Shown here piece after piece: positions 12,984 to 24,727 of a stretch of DNA of 64,000 nt; position 1 is the first letter of the stretch, and each line of letters starts with the position of its first letter. The stretch comes from Monocercomonoides exilis PA203. Its lineage: Eukaryota > Protista > Preaxostyla. The DNA lies in the NCBI GenBank assembly GCA_001643675.2, contig LSRY02000048.1, positions 310,001 to 374,000 of the forward strand, read 5' to 3'. The notes under the pieces were generated by a model. It had not been told where the DNA came from, made no database searches, and worked only from the letters and a program-made list of their open reading frames with translations. Position numbers and translations under genes: made by a program.

Positions 12984-15900
12984 ATGATTGACGTTTATAA
13001 TTTGATCATGGACTTTGTGTTTGTGACTCGAAAGCAGCTGCAATTTTGTGTGATGAGTTGCATCAAAAAGCTTCTTGCGGGAGCGGAAGCGATTCAGTTG
13101 TCTCTTTTCTCAGCTCCTTTTTACTTCGTCTTCTTCGAGTGGAGTAGCACGCAGATCTTCTTTACATTCAGGAGTCCAATAAAAGAAGAGAAGAAGGTGA
13201 CAGAGGATGTACGGATATTAGCATCTTCGTCTGTACGTGCATTTTACCCTTCGGATGCCTCGAAGATGGAGGATTCATAAACGCTTGAAGTGGCATGGTT
13301 GAATGAAATCGTTAGGCGGCTGAGGATAGTTGTGAAGAAAGCAGCTGAGCTGCAAAAGCTGCATGGTTATGAAGCTGTCACTGCTCCTGTCGCTGCTGAT
13401 GTTGCACACGCTGCAAGGTTTCAATATTGGCTTGCTGTGCTCTGCTGTACAGAACATGCAATGTCCGTTCAATGTTTGATGCTTTTCATTCTTCTTGTAG
13501 CTTTACTCCCGTCACTTGAGGATTTACCGAGAAAGAAGTCGTCGAAGAAGCTGTTATTAACAGCGGTAGATGTGGATGCGTTCCTGCCAATCTGCAATCC
13601 GCCTGATCCATCGCTGGCTTCATCGGCCATTGAATGGCTGGCGAACAGAAAGAAGAAGACGAGGCATGCAGAGTGATGAAGCTGGTCAACAAAATGAGGA
13701 GGGGGGATAGTTGCAGTGAATGAAGTGGGAGAGATTGCGAAGAAGGCGCTGGAGGTGGTGGGGCAGAGGGGCTGATGATGGAAGATGTGGTTCTGTCGCC
13801 TGCAGCGATAGTGCTGAATTTGCTGGAAGAAAGAAAAGAAGAAGAAGAAGTTGGAAAAGGACAAGGAGGCGAAGCGGATGAGCGGGCTGACAGAGCAGAT
13901 GAAGGAGAAGGCCAATATCATCTGGATGGATCAGAGGAAGATTCCGGAGCTGAGCGAGAAGCACAACTCAGAGGTGATGCAGGTGAAGCAGGTGAAGGAG
14001 CAGCTGGTGACGATGAAGAAGTGGGCGGAACTGATTTATATGAGGATTGAGAAGCGAAGAATCGATGGACGCAGCATGGCGTGGTGGTGAGTTGGTACAG
14101 CAAGGGGTCGATGCAGGAAATTGAAGTTTTCCTTGCTACGTCTTCTTTGTTAATGTCTGTGTGTGGACAAATAATTTTGTCTTATGCTTCGTTGATTCCG
14201 CTGTTGGGCTGTGTAAAAAGCACAAAGAGAAGTTTGCAGCGAGCATCGGGGATGTCAGCGCTGTGTTGGTTGAGCCAGACCCGAGCGATAAGGTGGTTGT
14301 TGTGAAAGTGGGGAGTGGGGAAAGTGTTGTGGGCGAAGCAAACAGCTGTGGGGAAGGAGGAGGCGGAGGAGGCGGAAGCGAGGGAACGAGGTCATTGATC
14401 AGGAGAGATCAGAGAAGAACAGCTCTGGGGCCAATGGTGGTATTGGTGTCGGTGGTGGTGAAGGAGGAGTGGATGCAAGTGTGCCGTAGAAGATGAACAA
14501 GGTGGAAAAGGAAACGAAGATGCTGATTGCGCTGTTGAATGTGCACATAAAGACTAAATGCGAGCAGAAGGCGCTGTTCAATAAGGTGATAGAAAAGGAG
14601 CAGATGTCGCTTGGGCAAAAGAAGCAGGAGAAGAGAATATTTAAGGTTCGTATGAAGAGGTTGCTTAATGAACTCCTGGTTAGGTTAAGAAGCTGGAAGA
14701 GCGTGAGGTGCAAGTGGACTTTGGAGGGAGCAGGTTAGGAAGGGCAGAGGAGAAAGGTGCGAGAGAGATGGATGGAGAAAGGAGGAGGATGAGGAGGAGG
14801 AACAGAAGTTATGGCTGAGAATACGAGGAGGCAGAGGAGGTGGAAAAGGCAGAAGAAAAAGATGCAAGCGCGGTGAACAGGATTCCGCTGTTTCAGCACA
14901 ACGATCCGAAGAGAGGGAGCGGGATGATTGGATGAAAACGGTGGTTCCAACAGTGGTAAAGAAAGGATAAGGGAGTGCGAATGTTGTGTAGTGCACGTTC
15001 ATGCTTCTTGAGCAGACGACAGAAAGCAGAGACAGGGAAGAATCGGAGTGCTCTGTGACTTCTCTTTGTTGATTGAGGTCAGGGGTGTCTGGTGCAAAAG
15101 GGGTGCCTTTGCAGGCGGTGTCGATGGCGAGGGAGTGTTAGATGAGTGCAGTGTCTGGGTCGCTGGTACAGGAAACGTGTAAATCAGCACATGTGCTTCG
15201 GGTGCCACACTCGCGGAGGTCATCCGTGCAGATGAAGCGTTTGTTGAAGTTGCTGAAGATAGGTTTGCAGTCGTAGCTAATGTGGAAGCTGTCGAGGATC
15301 CGGGGGTGATGCGGAGACATTATTTCAGAAGATCTTTGAATGGGGGTGGGCGTTCAGAGGCAGGGGTTTGGGGAATTTGTGTGCATGTGGCTGGGGGAGA
15401 AGCAAGCGGTGCAGAAGAATAACTAGGCGGTGATGTGTGCGAGGATGTATGGGGAAGAACTGTTCCGGAAGGACTTTGCAGAGATGGAACTGTTTGAGGA
15501 ATTTGTGCGGAAAGAGTAAACTTGAGGTGAATTGGAGTTTTTCTGATAATTGAATGGTGTTAGAAGGGGTGTATAAGAAGAGATTAAAATGTCTTTTGGT
15601 TGTTTGAGGGGATACAGTTGGAGAAGATGTATGCATATGCCTCTGTGTTTATGGTGTTTCTACTGAATAACTTTATGGAAGAAGCAGCTTCCGGATGTTA
15701 GCGATGAAGCTGACAAGTTACAGCATTTAAAGCAGTCTTTGAATTATGTGATTGCGAAGGCGACAAGATGGTGTTGGTCAACTTGGAGTAGGAGTTTTAC
15801 ACAGTATCGAAGGTGATGTGGGAATGGTTTGTGATGAAGCTACATGTGTAGATTGTTCAGTTGGTGAAAGAGAAGAAAGAAGGGCGGTAGACGTTGTTCC

Positions 15901-16010
15901 ACATTGTGCGGCTGCTGGAAGGGATGGTGAGGCTGCAGCTGAGGAGGATGTGCAGTCGATGGTGGAGACAAAAGAAGGACAGATTGTGCTTGTGCAATTT
16001 AGTTAGAGAT
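12984..16010. pseudogene. Mosaic of decayed, GC-richer gene remnants inside the nested element
   Basis: Short frameshifted ORFs. The 13700-13850 segment (MEDVVLSPAA) is homologous to 8580-8720 and 32820-32930. Confidence 0.5.
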
Positions 16011-16175
16011 GTAGTTACACAAAAAATAGCATTGTCGATGGAGTAAAAGTCATATTTAACAATAATTCATCAACATCTGTTTCTTCATCGCTGCATAAAA
16101 CAAATACAGAATGGAAAGTGATGAAATTAAACAATGCGCTTCGATCATTGGGTTGATATTGGATATGATCAACCA

Positions 16176-17285
16176 TCAAATTTCCAAAACAATATTTTCA
16201 TCAGCGTTTTCTTCTCGTCGATACCTTTTTCTTTTTCTCTCTTTTCCTTCTTTCTTCAATGATATTTGATCATTTTTGGAGAATTTGAGAGAAGAAGGAG
16301 AATGAGAAGAAGGAGTTAGAAAAAGAAGAAGATGATGATGAAGAGGAAGAAGAAAAAGAGGAAGAAGAAGAGGAAGAAGAAGAGGAAGAAGAAAAAGAAG
16401 AGGAAGAAGAAGAGGAAGAGACGCCAAAAGAACAGAAGCTATTTGTGAATTCCTTGAGCAATTCTCGAATGAGGAGCTTCCAATGGAAATTGATCCTGAA
16501 GTTGAATCATTCATTGAAAAAATACTGCCATCATGCAATTTTACTCCATCTGTATCAATTCCATTGAACACAACTTTTTTGTTCCGATCAATCTCAAATA
16601 CATTTGATGTTGATTCAATCTGTTCCAATTTCGCATTTGTGATATTTAATACATCTCCATTTAGCAGAAATGAAGGCTTCTGGAATGAAAGCATTGATAT
16701 TGAGCAGTTGTCAACATGAAGAATTCCATTTTCGATGTTTAACAATGTTAAATTGAGAACAACATATTCAATGATTTCTGACTGGCTAACTGAAGAAAAT
16801 TCAACAAATGGAAGAGACGGCTGGCCATTTTCTCCGAGGATTAGAGAATCTCCAGAATACGAAAACGATTGGACAAAGGAAAACTTAACGCTTTCGATAC
16901 GAACATTCTCTGAGGTTGTGATTAGATTTCCAGAATCATATGTAATTGTAGAGTTCAGACGCACCAAAGCAGCTGAGGGAGATTGTAATGAGCGGATGGT
17001 CACATTCAAAGAACTGCATTCTCCATTGATGATAGTTTCTTCTGATATCAACAGCTGTGAGTACTGAGATGGAACAATGTGTTGGATTCCAACATTCAGC
17101 GATTGACAAGGCACATTGAACTCCCCACATTGTTTGCTGTCTCCGTGACTATCTGCAACAGAAGACAGAAATATTGCCTCGCTCTGGTATTTCATCACCC
17201 TCAGCAGAAGATCTTCTTCCCCCACATACGAATCTGTTGTGACTCCCCAGATCGCCATTTCTTTCATGTCAGGTTCTCTATTAGT
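16176..17285 (-). pseudogene. Internal fragment of a large beta-helix/pectin-lyase-like repeat protein family gene (cargo of the nested element)
   Basis: The 389-aa ORF has DSKQCGEFNVPCQSL and repeated S/N-rich beta-strand motifs (LHVDNCSIS, ISIGSSSFENCS). The first ~18 codons look intronic (ending ...TTCGCAG), and the C-terminus degenerates into a GAA microsatellite. Confidence 0.6.
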
Positions 17286-17803
17286 ACTGCGAATTTGCCA
17301 AGTTAAGAAAATGAATAATATTATTAGAATTATTAAATAAAACATTCAAATAAAAGCTGAATGAAAACCTTTTGATATGTATGTTTTTCATCTTTATCAA
17401 ACTTGTGGGAGTAATAAACGCATTTATTGAAATTCCAGGCACATTGTGTGCAATGAAATATTTCAATCAAATAAGAATTTTATCTATCAACGAATCTCAA
17501 TATTTTGATGAAATAAAATTGAAACAAACCTTGTCCATTTATGAATCAACAATTGCTAAGTGTTTCAATCAAGTGAAACTCTTTTTTATTGAAAAAATGA
17601 TATTTTAAATTTTGATCAAAAAATATGATACATAATTTTTTGAAAAAGAGTATTTCTTCTCATAAAGAAGTTTGTTATGAGCCTACAAACATCACTGTGA
17701 AAGTTTAATATTTTTATTTGTATTATGGTAACGGAGTGTTTTTAATTAACTTTCATGGGATTAATTTTTGATCCGTAGCGACTTTTCAAAAAGAATTACC
17801 CAT

Positions 17804-20620
17804 ATTGCAAAAAATGTTACGAATTGCAAAAGATTGGTTGTGGATTCGTTGCTTTGGAATATGTCAAAACAACTGAGAAAGGAAATGGTTTTAATTTTTT
17901 TCTGTTTTTAAATTTTAATTTTCCACCAATAGTTTACAGGCACCCTAAAGAATATGGAAAGTTCATAACAAAAATATCATTGGAAATATATAAAGATAAT
18001 TTGTGGATATCTTTCATTCCTATTCAGCAAGATGGAAGTGTCAAAAAAGATGGTCACAGATATCTTCTTTGTCCAAACAGTCGTAAAGGATTCAATTGTG
18101 GATTTTCTGGAAGAATGGGATATGTTTCTTTGGATTCGCACAAATGCACGATCACTTCGAATCAAAGTTTAGATCACTTAATGCAGAAAAAAAATAATGA
18201 TAAAGGCAAACCATCATCAACACAAATTCAAACATCAGAAAAGTTAATTCAGTTTTCAGATTTGTCAACTTCATTTGTTCAGTTTGTCAGTCATTGCAAC
18301 GTATCATTTCGTTCAGCATCTTCATCTGAATTGAATAACTTTTTGCAATTATTAATTCAAATTGCTCAGCAAAATCCCACTCTTCCTCCAAGAACAATAT
18401 TTCCACTGATAACTGAAAGAAAAATGTCCAACATGCTTTCAATAGAAAGGAAAAGAATACAATCAGAGAGAAATTCACACATTGAAAATGTTCCAGTTGG
18501 TGTCATGATTGACGGAGGAGCAATATCCGGTAAGAAATATACAGCTGTTTCTGTTGTCCCACTAACAATTTCTGGCAAACCAATATTTTGGAAATTATAT
18601 CCCGCTTGTTACTCATCAAAGGATTATGAAAACTTGGCCTTGAATATAATCCGCGAAATAACAATATGCAAATCGGAGGTGCACTGCTTTTGCAGCGATG
18701 GACTTCTTCCGCAAAGAAAAGCCTTGCAACAAATAAGAAACAGACTTTTTTTTGGATGAAGGTCCTCAACATTTATTCGCATTTGGTCCTTTTTTTATAT
18801 ACTGCATGAATCATTTAACTAATTTGATTATTGTGAAAATTTTTTCCAACAATCAAACACTGAAAACATTGAAGGAAACAATTGTTGAGTTTTCAAAAAG
18901 CGCTCATAATCCCAGAATTTATTCGATTTTGAAAACAAAATGTCCGACGTTCGTTGCAACAAGATGGCTTTGTTTATATCAAATTTGTCGTTTCATCAGA
19001 GTCAACAAAAAGATGATTTTGCAAGCTGAACTTCTTGATTCAAACACAGTCTCAGATATTATTAGAACAGAAATTTTGCTTCTTCCATTGCAGCAATTGC
19101 ACTTCTTTTTTGAGAATGAAACTTCAAAACTTGGAGGAGCATTTCCAGAACTACTGAAAGCTTTGGGAAGGTTTTTTGTCATTCTCAATCAACCAAGTTT
19201 TAAAGAACTTCAATATTCAATTTGTGTTTGTGATTTTTTGATTGAATTATTCAATTCGTTTTTGTCAGGACCAAGAGGCGACATGATAGCATTAGCGTAT
19301 GCGTTAACTCCAAATGGTTTGAACAATTTCAGAAAAGGTGAATTTGCATCGATATTTAATTTTGAACTAGCTTTGTTCAAATTCAATATTGAGGCAGAGC
19401 AAAATCAAATTGTCTCAAGTTCAAAGTCTAATCAAACAACCACTGAACCTTCAGATGATGTGTCCAAAGACAGTTCTCAATTTTCTAGATATTCCAATGT
19501 ATTTTCAACATCAACAGTTTTTGACCCTTTGAAACATAATGATGAGGAACAAGCATCTTCATCAACCGATAATTCATCTGCATGCAAAGAATCGCAATTT
19601 CCACAAGTTCATTTCTCTGATCCAACTTCAATTGATGAAAATCAAACATCAACTTCATTGTTTAATTCATTTGTTTCCGATCCCAAAGGCATTGAAACCC
19701 CATTGTCAATCACTTCTTTTCACTCAGCAATACGTTTCTCAGAAGGAATCCATTTGTCGCACAAAAATGGACTCGGCTTTGCAACCACATTTACGGAAGA
19801 AACTTCCAGTCATTCTTCAGAAGGCACAGTTTCAATCACAAACAAAAATGATGAGCTATTGGATAAATTATTGCGAATATTTGAATTAACATCTGAAGAT
19901 ATTAACAACAACGATGAAGCGAATGATTTTTTAATTTGTGAAGATTTCGAAGATCAGCTTGGATTGACCGATGCAGAATTGGAAGCAGAAAATGATGAAT
20001 TTTAATGTTTTCCAACTTCAAGTGAGAATTTAATGTGTTACTCCACAAGAAATACTGATAAAACAAGTTCAGATATGCATACAGAAAATGAAGAACATTG
20101 TTCATCCAGAATGGATATTGAAGATATCGAAGATATCGAAGAACCCACATCAAGTTCAAATGAGGAAATAGAGTTGGATGTTTACGAAATTGGATCAAAT
20201 GAACAAGTTACACGTAACAAAATGACAACTGAAGATGCTGTGAAGGAATAATCTTCGAATATTGAATCTGCTATAACATCTAATTGGAGTATGAGAATAA
20301 TATCTTCGTTCAATTCTTTCACAGAAAATATATTTTCCAAAGCAAATAAAATTCATATTGATGAATACAAGAAGATATTTTATGAATCACTATATCCAAC
20401 TGAAAAGGAAACTATTTACGTAAATCCTTTCACATATTACTCAATCATTGGTTCACGAAGCAAAATTCACACAATTTACGCAAACATTTGCATGTCTTTA
20501 ATTGCCAGTCCTTGCAGCGAAGCGCCTTGTGAGAGGGTTTTTTCTAAAATGAGAAGAATTGTTGGAGATCGGCGTCATTCTTAAAGTGAAGAAACATTGA
20601 ATACACTACTCCTTGTTTGA
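17804..20620 (+). pseudogene. hAT transposase main body, inactivated
   Basis: Motifs VGVMIDG (D1), CFCSDG (D2), YCMNHLTNL (CxxH), FVATRWL, and SEAPCERVFSKMRRIVGDRRHS (E, dimerisation region). Lesions: a frameshift in a T-run at ~18750 and in-frame TAA at 20003, 20249 and 20582. Final TGA at 20618-20620. Probable in-frame 45-nt intron at 17888-17932. Confidence 0.9.
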
Positions 20621-22784
20621 TCATTAAAGTTAGTTTCTTTTTCCTTTTTCTATTTTTGCATTCTTATCAGATAAATATTTTTTTTTCCCTTTGAAACAAT
20701 GAGTTCATATCGCCTATATACAAATAGTTTAAAAAATACTTGTTTTTGATTTTTTTTTAATTATGAAGTGATAAAAGAAACTGAAATAGTTGAATGACTT
20801 ACAAACAACATTATTTTTTTAGTCATTATTTGTTTTGATGAAAATGAACATCATTTTCAAAAATGAATTTTCCTTTTCGAAGAATATGACATAATGTTAT
20901 CAAAAGTTCGGCATTTCAGAATTTTCACTAAAGAAGAAAAAAATCATTAAAAGGATCTTGATGAGCTTTATTGTCTTTCTTTATTATTATGAATTGACAT
21001 TCGTTTTAGGGGGAAAAAATGCTTTTCAGCTTTTCTATTAAAGCAATAAATAAAAAATTGAATTATTTGGAAAAATAAAAAACCACAGACGAAAATGAAA
21101 GAAAATATTTGATAATCACTGTTATCTGGTAATTCAACACTTATTAAAAAGCTTCCATCAATTTTTTTTGTTCAAATCGAAGACAGTTTTCAAATAAACA
21201 AAGAATTTCTTGATGCCAATAAAACAATTTTTCATAAATGTTTTCATGTGTTTCAACAACAAGCGCAATATCCGTTTAAAAACATCTGGCGTAATAATTT
21301 TATAATCTTCATAAAATTACACAAATTGATATTATATTAAATGAAAAATGAAAAACTCAAATTGAATAACTCATCTTAAATAAAATTTCAACATAACTAA
21401 AACACAAACTATTAAACGCTTCATTGTTCAGACGAAAAATATCCAATTATGTTAACTCTAATGCAGAAACATCTTTAATGAGGAAAAGGATAGGAAACAA
21501 TTCGCCAATTGATTTCAAATGAGGTGCTGAACTTTGCCATAAAATAACACATAGTTCAAAACGCGTGTCGATGTCTGACACAATCGATCATGTTTTAAAT
21601 GATCGATTCCATTATTATTCACATTCAAATGTTTTCAATGAGTATTTTAAGAAAGTTCATCGAAATAAATCTGATCAAAACTTTTGTTAGAAAAAAATTT
21701 GAATTGAATAAAAAAGTGTTCTTATCAGGAATCGAACCTGTTGTTTGACAATATTTTTTACTGACAGACTTGAAGAATTTTTTTAAGTCGCGTCGCAATG
21801 GACTATCCAATATTATTATCTTAACTGGAACTCGGACGAATTTTCATTGTCGCATCGAACTGACAGAGAAGAATCAATTTTTGTTCATCTTATTTGGAGT
21901 GACTTAATCACATCGAATGTTTCTCAATCTCAGTTTGGTCGAAATTGTTATTTTCATGATCAAAGTTTTTGATCACACATTTTATTGTTTTGTTCGTTAT
22001 TAACCTTTAATTAGTTAATACTTGATGATTTTTTGATATGTTGTTGTCCGTTAGACAGTTTTTTCATTAACAGTTGAATTATTTCTTCCACCTTTGTTAG
22101 GTTCGGATTTTTATTAACCTTGTATTTTTTGCAGTTGTGATGTGGTTTTCAACTTACTATTTTCAAATCGTTCGATATTAGATTTCATTTTGTGTGAATA
22201 ACGTTTTTATATTCGATTTATTTATCATTTTTTTATTTTATTGAGAATTTTAAACTTTTTTGGTTTTCTTATGTGTTGTATTTTCTTCACCTGAACATTT
22301 TTTGATATTTTGAATATTTTGATAATAAATATCAAACAAAAGGCTTTATGTGATATTGTTTTTTGTTATTTTGTTATTTTCAGAAAAATCGAAAAATGTG
22401 TTAAAAAACAAATAATTCTGGTTTGTATTGTTTAATTATTAAGTGAAAATAGGAAAAGGAGTTCAAATATGATTTATAAATTAACCAATTTCAATTTCAA
22501 ACTAAGAAATTTTCATTAAACTTGAAATTTTTATAATTTTTTTTATTCTGAAAAAAAAGTCTATGAAATGTCAAATAAACGATATTTTTTTTATAATAAT
22601 TGATATTGACAAAAAGAAAATATAAGAATTTGTTAAAAAAATTATTGTTAATATCTGATCATGGGAACCAGAATTGGTAGGATCGGATGTGACTCAGTCA
22701 CATTGAATTTGATAAATCAAAATTGTTTTATATCTATCTTTATAAGCCTTGACACATCTTATTCTATATGAGTGAATAAATTCG

Positions 22785-23222
22785 TACAAGTTCTACTTGT
22801 TTTTAACTTTTTCAATTAAATTTTTGACCTTTTTTTCTCATTTCACTGTTTTTGCATAAAACACGTTTTTTATATAAACAAGTGTTTGTGTCAAATTTTA
22901 TTTAAATGAAAAAAATACACAAAGTCTTAATTATCGTTTATTTGCATTCAGCATTGAAATGAAAAGGAACTTTTCAAGAATTGAAACTGAAAAGCAAGTA
23001 TATATGATTTTTTTGTTATTCAAATTACGAAACATATACAAACAAATAATTATTTTAACATATTCGAATCGTTTTATTTTAGTAATGCTTATTTATCATT
23101 TCAATAAATTTAAAAACAAATGAATGCATGTCTCTTAAATTGTGTTTTTTAAAAAAATGTGTGAAATGAGAAAAAGAGTTAAAAAAACAAGTTGAGAAAG
23201 TTTAAAACAAGTTCAACTTATA
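22785..23222. mobile_element. Possible ~440-bp MITE-like element (imperfect ~80-bp inverted repeats) in the 3' region of the hAT element
   Basis: AAGTTCTACTTGTTTTTAACTTTTTCAA..TTTTTCTCATTTCAC..AAAACAC (22788-22864) vs the reverse complement of 23141-23220 (AAGTTGAACTTGTTTTAAACTTTCTCAA..TTTTTCTCATTTCAC..AAAACAC). No TSD established. Confidence 0.55.
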
Positions 23223-23536
23223 AAAAAGAAACAATGTATTATGATATGAAAGCTGAAAACTTCTTATAAAAAATATTCGCTGGAAAAGCAGCAAGTCAAT
23301 GATTAAAACACAAAATTATTATTATCCTCGATCTTTTTGAAAAAAATGAAATATTGAAAAAAATACAGAATAAGGAAATTAAAACATTTCAAACATTTCT
23401 GGTTATTTTTTATTTATCGCAGGCTTGTGTAAAGCAGAGCGCATGGCAAAAAAGAAAAAGGTCGTGATAAAGAAAAAAGGTCAAGATAAAATTATAGCCC
23501 TATATCATATATATTTTATTTATTTATTTTTTTAAG

Positions 23537-24298
23537 AAACTGGACAAAGAACTTTACGTTTATGAAATCATGGAAATCATCAAATATCATCGTGAACTTT
23601 GCAATCTCACCAGCCTTGCCTATCAGTCTGCTTGGGAGTTTTTAAACAAAAGATTTAAAATGTGTAAAGAATTGGAAAATACTATTGTGAATGAACTGCA
23701 TTTTGGAAGAGAGGCGGAAAGAGAAATATTAGAACTGTAAAAATGTGTCTACTGGAAGAGAAAAAAAGTGGGAAAAGGAGAAAGGGAAGTGAATGAAGTG
23801 CTTGTTATCGATAGATGGCTTGATGAAATTAATAATTTCTTAAAATGGAGCATGTTGTGGAACGAAGAACTTGTTGAGCTTTTCAGAAGCATTGTTCAGG
23901 TATTTCTAGCAGTGAATGACAATCACAGAGGAATTGGTGCCTGGTGTACTTATCCCTTGATAAGGGCAGTGGAAAATAGAGTTGTGAAAGTTGAAGATTT
24001 ATTGAATGGAGGAGCTGTGAAAGCTGTTTTGGAGGGGATTCAGCGACCAATGTTGGATGATGATATTGCACTTGACAGCTTAATTTTTTTTATGATCGTT
24101 TCAAATCGATTGAAAGAAAAGAAGAAAGATGAAAAGGAAAAAGTTAAAAGAAAGGCAACAAAAAGGAAGGCGCTTGAGAAGATGGAAGAAGAAGGATAAG
24201 AAGATTGCATCATCTGGCTGCGCTGTTGCAAGAATGAAGTCGAATTCTCTTCCTATTTTTTTGTTGAAAGCATTGATGATTATTTAGTTTATTGCTGA
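23537..24298 (+). pseudogene. Expanded unknown family copy 1, 3' exon (separated from exon 2 by the hAT element)
   Basis: Acceptor TTTAAG at 23531-23536, then KLDKELYVYEIMEIIKYH..LAYQSAWEFL..LLNGGAV..KMEEEG*ED. Premature TAA at ~23738 and 24197. Confidence 0.88.
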
Positions 24299-24727
24299 TC
24301 CGTTGGCTTTTTGATTCATCTCATTTTTTCATCTTTGCACTTCATTTTATTTTGAGAAAAATATCTGTGCTTCATTTTTCTGTTTTAAAAAAAATTAATT
24401 TTGCTTTTCAAAATGCATCTTTATTCAACTTTTGAATTTGATATTTTTCACATTTCAGATGCAATAAAGCGTGGTTTTATTGATTTCTTCCAGGCATATT
24501 TCATCTTAACTTTCTTCCTCTTCTTCAACAATTCGAATTATTCGAAACAACCATTTGCAATTCCTTCCTTCATTCTTTCATTCTTTGCTTTGTTGCTTTT
24601 CAAAGAAGTGTGTTGAAAAAGTACATTTAAAAAAGCTCGAATGCTTGCAAAATTGTGAAATGAAAAATATAATAATAAACAAAAGGATATTTTCTGAACA
24701 GCAAAATGAATGAAACAATTCATTTTC

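Larger units (their letters stand above)
12277..17801. mobile_element. Non-autonomous TIR element with GGG...CCC ends and AT target duplication (ISL2EU/PIF-Harbinger-like), carrying host gene fragments
   Basis: Left GGGTAATTCTTTATGAAAAGTCGC vs right reverse complement GGGTAATTCTTTTTGAAAAGTCGC (23/24 identical). Further matching blocks GATCAAAAAT and CCGTTACCAT extend ~90 bp inward. Flanks are gcatAT[element]ATattgc. No transposase seen inside. Confidence 0.8.
11537..23502 (+). mobile_element. hAT-superfamily DNA transposon (~12 kb including nested insertions) in intron 2 of a host family gene
   Basis: Imperfect ~44-bp TIRs. Left: TAGGGTGCAAATTTTAACTTGACCTCAAAATTTTATCTCAACC. Right (reverse complement): TAGGGCTATAATTTTATCTTGACCTTTTTTCTTTATCACGACC. 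The element encloses a hAT transposase, and the two halves of one host gene flank it. The 8-bp TSD is not cleanly preserved (TATTTATA vs TATCATAT). Confidence 0.85.

Noticed and set aside
18752-20620. In-frame TAA codons in the transposase suggesting TAA=Gln recoding (as in some oxymonads and ciliates)
   Set aside because: The last TAA sits where hAT proteins have Leu (RRHS-L-SEE, TTA>TAA). Host genes end in TAA/TAG, and the 1282-aa IFT172 exon has no in-frame TAR. Ordinary decay explains it.
11529-23510. Clean 8-bp hAT target site duplication
   Set aside because: TATTTATA and TATCATAT match only with an indel and a substitution, so they were not counted as evidence.
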